Assembly: GCA_046313635.1 (NCBI GenBank)
Contig: JBKBYA010000001.1
Location: 128,001 to 192,000, forward strand
Source: Pyrinomonadaceae bacterium
GTDB lineage: Bacteria > Acidobacteriota > Blastocatellia > Pyrinomonadales > Pyrinomonadaceae
Direction: 5' to 3'
Length of the DNA: 64,000 bases
The position numbers were made by a program, and so were the translations under genes. This document shows positions 36,390 to 44,253 of this stretch, in pieces (position 1 is the stretch's first letter; every line of letters begins with the position of its first letter). The notes beneath the pieces were generated by a model, which saw only the letters and a program-made list of their open reading frames with translations, did not search any database and had not been told where the DNA came from.

Positions 36390-36787
36390 GGAATTGCCAA
36401 AGAGAGCACCGAGCGCACGGAGACATAAGTAGAGGTGTCCGAGGCGATTCGCATGGTGAGGTCCCGGTTCATATGCAAATTAATTTCGTAAAAATGCGTT
36501 TCTTGGTTTCGCTTCTGCTTTCCCTCTGTGCTCTCTGTGGTTCAACCATCGCACAGGATTACAAACAGGTCGGCGACGGCGTCGGAATTACCACAGAGAT
36601 CACTGAGCACACGGAGATAAATCTCGAAGTATGAATCAGAGCAGCCAACTCAGGTCAACAACCCCACACTTGTCGTCCTTTGTCAGAATGCGTTTTCCAG
36701 TTTCGCTATTACTTTCCCTCTGTGCTCTCTGTGCTCTCTGTGGTTCGACCCTCGCACAGGATTACAAGCAGGTCGGCGACGGCGTCG
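36390..36787. repeat. 194-bp tandem duplication, each unit carrying a CACAGAG/CTCTGTG 9-nt-periodic hairpin
   Basis: GAATT.CCA.AGAG at 36391 and 36585; ATGCGTTT...CAGGATTACAA.CAGGTCGGCGACGGCGTCG at 36494 and 36688. Confidence 0.9.
36494..36634 (+). pseudogene. Duplicated 5' fragment (signal peptide) of the downstream gene, 46 aa
   Basis: MRFLVSLLLSLCALCGSTIAQDYKQVGDGV, then repeat-derived GITTEITEHTEINLEV*. Confidence 0.7.
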
Positions 36788-37899
36788 AGTATGCCGAGCT
36801 GACGCGCACGATCGACGGCCTGCCCCTGCGGATGAACCTGCTTAAACTCGATCTCGAAAAGGTCCGTCTCGACGTCGTCCATGCCAACGACCGCGCGATC
36901 GGCACCGAGACGACCTCGTCGATCGCAAAGCGTCACAACGCGTTCGCCGCGATCAATGCAGGATTTTTTCGTTTGGACAAAAGCGAATTCGCCGGCGACC
37001 CCGCGGGCGTGTTGATGATCGACGGCAAGCTCGTCAGCGAGAGCTTTAACGATCGGACCGCGATGATCGTCGGGTATCTTAAGCGGTCGATGTACGTGAC
37101 GTTCGGTCGCGTCAACGCGTACACCAGCATTCTGTTTGGCAGCAGGGATCGCTTTGACAGTTTTAATTTGTCAGGCACCAATAGAGAGCGAAAGCGCGAC
37201 GAAGCAGTTATCTACAGCCCGTTCTTTGGACCGAGTACGCTGACCAAAGATAAAGGCATTGAGATCCTGCTCGGTCGCTGCCGGACCGGAAAGTTGATCG
37301 GGAGCTTTCCGAATATCAAATGCAAAAAGATCGAGGTGCGAAACGACTCTGCTAATTCGCCGATACCGGCGGACGGCTATGTTATTTCTTTCGGCCCGGA
37401 CTTCTTCAGCGGCGGCGATCCGATGCGTGCAAAGTTCCGCGATGTGATCAGGCAGCCGGACCGAAAACTGCAGATCCAAATTCGAGATCAGGTCTCGCTG
37501 GACGGCGGCCAGTACACGACTGACGAGCGATCCGACATCACCAACGGCATCCCGAGGTTGATACGCGGCGGCAAGATCGACATCACTTGGAAAGAAGAAA
37601 AGACGTCGAGATCATTTGTTGAAACTCGCCATCCGCGCACCGCCGTCGCAAAACTCAGGGACGGCAAATTCCTGATGATCACCGTCGACGGCCGCAGCGA
37701 GTCGAGCGGCGGTATCGGATTGCAGCAGCTCGCCGAGTTTCTGCTCGAGATGGGCGCGACCGACGCGATCAATCTCGACGGCGGAGGTTCGACAACGATG
37801 TACCTCAACGGCAAGGTGGTCAATCGCCCTTCGGACAAAGAGGGCGAGCGCAACGTCGGCGACGCAATCATCGTCACGCTGAGACGCGGCAGAAACTAG
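36688..37899 (+). CDS. Secreted phosphodiester glycosidase (NAGPA) family protein
   Basis: AAINAGFF, G..MIDG, RHPRTAV, TVDGR, AINLDGGGST. Confidence 0.9.
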   Translation: MRFPVSLLLSLCALCALCGSTLAQDYKQVGDGVEYAELTRTIDGLPLRMNLLKLDLEKVRLDVVHANDRAIGTETTSSIAKRHNAFAAINAGFFRLDKSEFAGDPAGVLMIDGKLVSESFNDRTAMIVGYLKRSMYVTFGRVNAYTSILFGSRDRFDSFNLSGTNRERKRDEAVIYSPFFGPSTLTKDKGIEILLGRCRTGKLIGSFPNIKCKKIEVRNDSANSPIPADGYVISFGPDFFSGGDPMRAKFRDVIRQPDRKLQIQIRDQVSLDGGQYTTDERSDITNGIPRLIRGGKIDITWKEEKTSRSFVETRHPRTAVAKLRDGKFLMITVDGRSESSGGIGLQQLAEFLLEMGATDAINLDGGGSTTMYLNGKVVNRPSDKEGERNVGDAIIVTLRRGRN

Positions 37900-38061
37900 G
37901 AGCGCGGCTCGACGCGCGGTCTCTGCAAGGACCCGTCAACGCTGCGGAGCCGCGCATTATGTCTGACAATGTACAGAACAAAACCGCGCGTTACATTAAT
38001 TGTAGTGTGTGTTGATCTGTTTCGAACACAAGTTACTTATCGAACATTCGGGAGGAAAACA

Positions 38062-38946
38062 ATGGCAGGTAGATCTTCAGGTTCTCGTAAGCGATCCTCG
38101 TCAGGGTCGGGCGGAGAAAAATCAGGCAGCAGCGGCGGCGACTCGCTCCTCAGCACGGTCGTCGAAAAGGTGACCGAGGTCGCGACAGAGCTCCTTGGCG
38201 GAGCCGCGAGCGGAGCGGTCGTCGGCGCGGCATCGACAGCGGTCGAGATGGCGACCGAGGGAACGACCACCCCAAGCGGCGGCGACGGCGGCACGGGCGG
38301 TTCGACACAGAGCTCCGGCAGCGGCTCGAGCAGCAGCGGGTCGAAAAAGTCGGCCGGCGGCGCGAGCAGATCGTCAGGCGGCGCACGCAAGTCTGCGGGC
38401 GGAGCAAGTAGATCGTCCGCGTCAAAATCGTCGGCCGGCAAAAAGAGCGCGGGCTCATCGAGGTCGGCGTCAGGCGGTGCGGGCAAGAAGAGCTCAGGAT
38501 CGGCGAAGTCGTCCGGCTCATCGATAAAGAGGTCGTCGGCCGGATCGTCAGCCAAATCATCCGGCGGACGCAGAGGTGGATCAAAGTCGAGCGGCAGCGC
38601 AGGTTCGGGCTCGTCGCGCGGCGGCAGCAGCAAGAGGTCGGCGTCGTCAACAAAGAGCTCGTCCTCGCGCGGCGGAGCTTCGAAGTCGTCGTCGCGTTCG
38701 GCATCTAAGACAACGGGCCGAGGTTCTTCAAAGTCGTCACGTTCGACAAAGAACGCGGCGAGCAAGTCGTCGTCGTCGAACGCACGCTCGGGCTCGTCGG
38801 CGAAGAAGTCTTCGCCGAGCAAGTCGTCTGCAAAGTCGAGTGCCGGTGCAAAGAGCTCGGGCGCAAAGTCATCACGCGGCGGCGCAAAGTCGGGTCGCGG
38901 AGGCTCGTCATCAACCAAACGCGGCGGCTCGTCACGCTCGCGTTGA
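38062..38946 (+). CDS. Ser/Gly/Lys/Arg-rich low-complexity basic protein (294 aa)
   Basis: GGAGG SD, ATG 38062; short helical/Gly-zipper N-region then >200 aa of S/G/K/R/A; terminator follows. Confidence 0.75.
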   Translation: MAGRSSGSRKRSSSGSGGEKSGSSGGDSLLSTVVEKVTEVATELLGGAASGAVVGAASTAVEMATEGTTTPSGGDGGTGGSTQSSGSGSSSSGSKKSAGGASRSSGGARKSAGGASRSSASKSSAGKKSAGSSRSASGGAGKKSSGSAKSSGSSIKRSSAGSSAKSSGGRRGGSKSSGSAGSGSSRGGSSKRSASSTKSSSSRGGASKSSSRSASKTTGRGSSKSSRSTKNAASKSSSSNARSGSSAKKSSPSKSSAKSSAGAKSSGAKSSRGGAKSGRGGSSSTKRGGSSRSR

Positions 38947-38974
38947 GACGCCGCAGCATTACCTCGCAGCACAA

Positions 38975-39015
38975 AAACAAAAGTCGATGCGTTTGCCGCA
39001 TCGACTTTTTTTGTT
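38975..39015 (+). terminator. Rho-independent terminator
   Basis: AAAAGTCGATGCG-tttgc-CGCATCGACTTTTTTT. Confidence 0.85.
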
Positions 39016-39298
39016 CACACGCGCAAAATTGCGCAGAAAAATTTTTGCGCCTCTCAACGACATCAAAAACGAAACCGCGCGGACGCGCAGATCACGACAA
39101 CGCTGAAGCATCGATTTTCATTGATCGAAAATGAATTCATAAAAACACCACGTCGCGCGCGATGCTCGATCGCGCAGCGCATCGCGCAAAATTCGAGTGA
39201 ATGAATTTGCCTTTTTCTTGTAACAATTTTTTTTGATTTCATGTTAAAGTACGTCTCGGTAGTTTTTACAAACACCACAATATCTTTGGAGGATCCTG

Positions 39299-39571
39299 AT
39301 GCCAGCAACAACATCTACGAAGAAATCAGCTTCGTCAAAATCGGGTGGTGCTAAGAAAGCAGCACCGAAGAAGGCCGCCGCGAAATCGAACGGCGCCAAG
39401 AAGGCCGCGCCGAAAAAGGCCGCTGCCAAGAAGGCTGCGCCGAAGAAGGCTGCTGCCAAGAAGGCTGCACCGAAGAAGGCCGCTGCTAAGAAGGCCGCGC
39501 CGAAAAAGGCCGCTGCCAAGAAGGCCGCGCCGAAAAAGGCCGCAGCGAAAAAATCCGGCGGTAAGAAATAG
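39299..39571 (+). CDS. Histone H1-like Lys/Ala-rich repeat protein
   Basis: GGAGG SD; tandem KKAAP/KKAAA pentapeptides over most of 90 aa. Confidence 0.88.
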   Translation: MPATTSTKKSASSKSGGAKKAAPKKAAAKSNGAKKAAPKKAAAKKAAPKKAAAKKAAPKKAAAKKAAPKKAAAKKAAPKKAAAKKSGGKK

Positions 39572-39604
39572 TCACAGGGTTTGATCGCGCACAGATCAAA
39601 CGAC

Positions 39605-39636
39605 AAGGCCCGACGATCCGATCGTCGGGCCTTTTT
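39605..39636. terminator. Terminator between the H1-like gene and clpA
   Basis: AAGGCCCGACGATC-c-GATCGTCGGGCCTTTTT. Confidence 0.85.
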
Positions 39637-39660
39637 CATTTCTTGTGCGCGGCGTGTCGC

Positions 39661-41913
39661 CTAGAACTTCAGCACGAGCTCGCCGCCGCTCTCGCTCACC
39701 TCGACACTTCCGCCGTCGGCGAGCCGGCCAAACAATATCTCGCTCGCGAGCGGCTGCTTGATCCGATCGTGTATGAGCCGCGACATCGGCCGCGCGCCGT
39801 AGCGCGCGTCAAAGCCGCTCTTTGCCAGCCACTCCCGGGCCTGGTCATCGAGTCTTACGATGACGCGCTTCTCGGCGAGCTGACCGTTAAGCTCGTTGAC
39901 AAACTTGTCGACGATCAGCTTGATCACCTCGACGTCGAGCGGCTTGAAAGCAACCCACGCGTCAAGACGATTTCGAAATTCCGGCGTGAACGTTCGTTCG
40001 ATCGCCCCTTTTGCACTGCCTTTTGTCTCCGCCGCATTTCTGAAGCCGACGCCGCCCGACGACAGCTCACGCGCGCCGGCGTTGGTCGTCATGATCAGAA
40101 TGACGTTGCGAAAGTCGGCCTTTTTGCCGTTGTTGTCGGTCAGCGTCGCCGAGTCCATCACCTGCAGCAGCAGGTTAAAAAGATTGGGATGCGCCTTTTC
40201 GATCTCGTCGAGCACGAGCACGGCGTGCGGCGTGCGCATTATCGCGTCCGTGAGCAGGCCGCCTTGGTCAAAACCGACATAGCCCGGCGGCGCGCCGATC
40301 AAACGCGAGACCGTATGCGGCTCGGCGTACTCGCTCATATCGAAGCGGATGAATTCGACGCCGAGTATCTCGGCGAGCTGCTTAGAGACCTCGGTCTTGC
40401 CGACGCCGGTCGGACCCGAAAAGAGAAACGATCCGACGGGCTTTGTCTCGTGGCCCAGGCCGGCGCGCGAGATCTGTATCGCGTCGACGACGCGGTCGAT
40501 CGCCTCGTCCTGCCCAAAGATCACTCTCTTGAGATCGTCGCGCAGCGTGCGGAGTCTTTCTCGCTCGTCGGCGACGACCGTCTGCGGCGGTATCTTGGCC
40601 ATCCGCGCGATGGTGTTCTCGACCATCTGCACCGACACGTTCGTTGGCCGCTTGTCCGCGGGCAGCAGCTTGACCGACGCGCCGACCTCGTCGATCACGT
40701 CGATGGCCTTGTCCGGGAGGAATCGGTCGTTGATGTATTTGCCGGCGAGCTCCGACGCGGTCTTGAGCGACTCGTCGGTGTACTTGACGCCGTGGTGCTT
40801 CTCGTAAAACTTCCTGAGTCCCTGCAGTATCTCGTAGGTCTCGTGCACGGTCGGCTCGTTGATCTCGATCTTTTGAAATCGACGCGCAAGCGCGCGGTCG
40901 CGCTCAAACGCCGCTTTGTACTCGCTGAATGTCGTCGAGCCGATGCAGCGCAGCTCGCCCGCGGCGAGCGCCGGCTTCAGAATGTTTGACGCGTCCATCG
41001 AGCCGCCCTGCACCGAGCCGGCGCCGACGATCGTGTGGATCTCGTCGATAAAGAGTATCGCGTTGTCCTGCTTTTTGAGCTCGCTGATGATCGCCTTGAA
41101 ACGCTGTTCAAAGTCGCCTCGGTAGCGCGTGCCCGCAAGCACCGCGCCCATATCGAGCGCAAAGACCTTTGCGTCCGCGAGCACCTCGGGCACGTCGCCC
41201 TCGCTGATCTTGAGCGCGAGGCCCTCGGCGAGAGCCGTTTTGCCGACGCCCGGTTCGCCGACGTAGAGCGGATTGTTCTTTTTGCGGCGGCAGAGCACCT
41301 GGATCGTGCGTTCGATCTCGGCCTGCCGCCCGACTATCGGATCTATCTGGCCCTCACGTGCCTTTGCGACCAGCTCGGTCGTAAAGCTCTCAAGCGGATT
41401 CTTCCTCGCACGAGCACCCTGGCCGTCGAGGTCGTCCTCGTCCTCAAATCCGTCAGGCAGCCCGCCGTCGCCCGAGTCTATCTTTGAAATGCCGTGCGCG
41501 ATGAAGTTAAGGATGTCGAGCCGCGTGATGCCCTGCTGCAGCAGCAGGTAGACCGCGTACGACTGCTCGGCCTGATAGATCGCGGCGAGGATGTTGCCGC
41601 CGTTGACGGCCCCCTGACCGCTGCCCTCGGCCTGCAGCACGGCATACTGGATCGTCGATTGAAAGGTCGAGGTCAGCTCGGGCATCTGGTTGGCAGATCC
41701 CTCGGGCACTTTTTCGAGGACGTTCTCAAAATACTCCTCGAGCGCGCGGCCTAGCTCATCGATGTCGGCCCCGCAGTGAAACAGGATGTCGCGGGCCGAG
41801 CTGTCCTCGAGCAGCGCAAAAAGCAGATGCTCAAGGGTCACGTACTCGTGCCGGCGCTGGACCGCCTGATCGACGGCGTAGCTCAAAGTCTCTTCTAATT
41901 CTCGCGTCAGCAT
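39661..41913 (-). CDS. clpA: ATP-dependent Clp protease ATP-binding subunit ClpA
   Basis: HEYVTLEHLL, GEPGVGKT, LFIDEIH, GPTGVGKT, RLIGAPPGYVG, GVGF loop; 750 aa with no M-domain. Confidence 0.96.
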   Translation of the reverse strand: MLTRELEETLSYAVDQAVQRRHEYVTLEHLLFALLEDSSARDILFHCGADIDELGRALEEYFENVLEKVPEGSANQMPELTSTFQSTIQYAVLQAEGSGQGAVNGGNILAAIYQAEQSYAVYLLLQQGITRLDILNFIAHGISKIDSGDGGLPDGFEDEDDLDGQGARARKNPLESFTTELVAKAREGQIDPIVGRQAEIERTIQVLCRRKKNNPLYVGEPGVGKTALAEGLALKISEGDVPEVLADAKVFALDMGAVLAGTRYRGDFEQRFKAIISELKKQDNAILFIDEIHTIVGAGSVQGGSMDASNILKPALAAGELRCIGSTTFSEYKAAFERDRALARRFQKIEINEPTVHETYEILQGLRKFYEKHHGVKYTDESLKTASELAGKYINDRFLPDKAIDVIDEVGASVKLLPADKRPTNVSVQMVENTIARMAKIPPQTVVADERERLRTLRDDLKRVIFGQDEAIDRVVDAIQISRAGLGHETKPVGSFLFSGPTGVGKTEVSKQLAEILGVEFIRFDMSEYAEPHTVSRLIGAPPGYVGFDQGGLLTDAIMRTPHAVLVLDEIEKAHPNLFNLLLQVMDSATLTDNNGKKADFRNVILIMTTNAGARELSSGGVGFRNAAETKGSAKGAIERTFTPEFRNRLDAWVAFKPLDVEVIKLIVDKFVNELNGQLAEKRVIVRLDDQAREWLAKSGFDARYGARPMSRLIHDRIKQPLASEILFGRLADGGSVEVSESGGELVLKF

Positions 41914-41944
41914 TTGTCTTTATCTTACTACCTCGGTCGAGCGT

Positions 41945-42886
41945 CTAATAGCGTCGATCTTCTCTGAACGTAACGCCGTTGGATGCTATCGGCGAGACGT
42001 AGGTGTGAAACGTAATTCCGCTGTCGGCATACACGCCGCTCATCGCCGCGGCGACCGCGCGGGCCGTCCCGAGCGTCCGGCTCAGCATAAATACCGACGG
42101 CCCGGAGCCCGATATCCCGCCGCCGAAAGCTCCGGCCGCTAGCGACGCCGACCGCAGCTCGTCAAATCGCGGTATCAGAGCGCTCCGCACGGGTTCGACG
42201 ATCTCGTCCCGCATCGAACGCGCCATCAGATCGTGATCGCCCGACGACAGGGCCGCAACGAACGCGCCGAGATTTGCCCATTGACGGATCGCCGACTTCA
42301 GCGAAACGTCCGCCGGCAGCATCGCCCGCGCTTCCGACGTCCTGATCTCGATCTGCGGATGGATCACCGCCGCATAGAGCTCAGGATGAGCGAGCCTCAC
42401 GACGTCGATCTCGGGCTCGACGCTTCGCACGAGCGTAAAGCCGCCCAGCAGACACGGCGCGACATTGTCGGCGTGACGCGAGCCCGACGCGAGCTGCTCG
42501 CCGGCCATCGCCAGCTCGATCAATTCGGTCGGGGAGAAATGATCGCCGAGCAAACGATTCACCGCCGCGGCCGCGCCGCATGCGCTCGCCGCGCTCGAGC
42601 CGATGCCGCTGCCGGGCTTGATGCGTTTTGTGATCTCGAGCTCGACGCCGAAGTTTGCACCGGCCGCGTCGAGAACGGCGCGCGCGGCGACGCCGGCTAC
42701 GTTGCGCTCCGCATCGGTCGGCAGACCGAAATCATCCCGGTGCACGATCCGCACTTCGCCGCGAGCGCCCGCGATATTGCGGGCCGTGAGTTCGTCGAAC
42801 GGCTCTGCGAGCGCAAAGCCGAGCACGTCAAATCCGCAGACGACATTCGACACGCTCGCCGGAGCCGTGACCCTGACAATGTCCAT
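41945..42886 (-). CDS. thrB: Homoserine kinase
   Basis: APASVSN..CGFD.LG, PGSGIGSSAAS, HADNVAP, GISGSGPS. Confidence 0.94.
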   Translation of the reverse strand: MDIVRVTAPASVSNVVCGFDVLGFALAEPFDELTARNIAGARGEVRIVHRDDFGLPTDAERNVAGVAARAVLDAAGANFGVELEITKRIKPGSGIGSSAASACGAAAAVNRLLGDHFSPTELIELAMAGEQLASGSRHADNVAPCLLGGFTLVRSVEPEIDVVRLAHPELYAAVIHPQIEIRTSEARAMLPADVSLKSAIRQWANLGAFVAALSSGDHDLMARSMRDEIVEPVRSALIPRFDELRSASLAAGAFGGGISGSGPSVFMLSRTLGTARAVAAAMSGVYADSGITFHTYVSPIASNGVTFREDRRY

Positions 42887-42957
42887 ATCTAGAAAACGAT
42901 GAAGCCTCGGTTTATCATTTGAACGGCCAAGCGGCCGCCGCTCGCTGCCCTCTGAAG

Positions 42958-44253
42958 ATGCGCTACTTTAGCACAAACCGTCAGGCCCCCGACGCGACCT
43001 TTCGCAAGGCGATGCTCGCCGGCCAGCCCGCCGACAAGGGGCTGTATTTTCCCGCCGAGATACCGCAGATCAAGCGCGGATTTATCGACTGCCTGCCCGA
43101 GCTCGCCGACGCCGAGATCGCCTTTGAGGTGATCAAGCCGTACGTCGCGGACGAGATCGACGACAGAGCGCTCGCCGAGATCTGCCGAGAGACGGTCGAT
43201 CTTGAATTTCCGCTCGTCGAGATCACCGACCGCATCTCGTCGCTCGAACTTTTTCACGGCCCGACTCTCGCCTTCAAGGATGTCGGGGCGAGATTTATGA
43301 GCCGCTGTCTGCGCTATTTTGCGGAGCGTCGTGGCGAGGAGACCATCGTGCTTGTGGCGACGTCGGGCGACACAGGCGGGGCCGTCGCCGCGGGCTTTCA
43401 CGGTGTCGACGGCGTCGAGGTCGTGATCCTTTATCCGAAGGGGCGGGTCAGCCGCGTGCAGGAGCTGCAGCTCACCACTCTCGGCGGCAACGTCACGGCC
43501 GTCGGCGTGCACGGCGCTTTTGACGACTGCCAGGCGCTTGCCAAGGCGGCGCTGGCCGATCGCGAGATAACGGGCCGCGTCCGTCTCACGTCGGCAAACT
43601 CGATCAACATCGCGCGCTGGCTGCCGCAGCAGTTCTATTACTTTTTTGCGCTCAAGCAGTGGACGCACGGCGAGCCGCCGGTCGTCTCGGTGCCGAGCGG
43701 CAATTTTGGGAACATCGCCTCCGGCATTCTCGCCCACGCTTCGGGACTGCCGGTCGAGCGGTTCATCGCCGCGTGCAACGCCAATGACGTCGTGCCGCGA
43801 TTTTTGCTGACCGGCAGATACGACACGAGGCCGTCGGTCGCGACGCTGTCAAACGCGATGGACGTCGGCAGCCCGAGCAATTTCGTTCGCATCCGCGAGT
43901 TACTCGGCGACGAGCCGGCGAAGATACTCGAGACGCTCGAGGCCGCGAGCATCTCTGACGAAGAGACGATACGCACGATCCGCGAGGTGCACGCAGCGAG
44001 CGGCTACACGCTCGACCCGCACGGGGCCGTCGGCTATCGCGCGCTGGCCGACCACCTCGACAAGCATCCCGGCAAGCGCGGCCTGTTTCTCGAGACGGCG
44101 CATCCGATCAAGTTCGACTCGGTCGAGCAGATCCTTGGAGCTCCCGTAGAGGTGCCGGCTTCGATAGCGGCCCTCGACGCACGCGACGAACGCAGCATCG
44201 AGATCGACCCCGATCACGAACTGGTCAAACAGATCCTGCTTAGCAAAATATGA
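42958..44253 (+). CDS. thrC: Threonine synthase
   Basis: LELFHGPTLAFKDVGARF, ATSGDTG, SANSINIAR, VPSGNFGN, ETAHP.KF. Confidence 0.95.
   Translation: MRYFSTNRQAPDATFRKAMLAGQPADKGLYFPAEIPQIKRGFIDCLPELADAEIAFEVIKPYVADEIDDRALAEICRETVDLEFPLVEITDRISSLELFHGPTLAFKDVGARFMSRCLRYFAERRGEETIVLVATSGDTGGAVAAGFHGVDGVEVVILYPKGRVSRVQELQLTTLGGNVTAVGVHGAFDDCQALAKAALADREITGRVRLTSANSINIARWLPQQFYYFFALKQWTHGEPPVVSVPSGNFGNIASGILAHASGLPVERFIAACNANDVVPRFLLTGRYDTRPSVATLSNAMDVGSPSNFVRIRELLGDEPAKILETLEAASISDEETIRTIREVHAASGYTLDPHGAVGYRALADHLDKHPGKRGLFLETAHPIKFDSVEQILGAPVEVPASIAALDARDERSIEIDPDHELVKQILLSKI

Noticed and set aside
36390..36787. Repeat-spacer-repeat layout as a CRISPR array
   Set aside because: Only two long imperfect units that include coding sequence; no cas genes in the window
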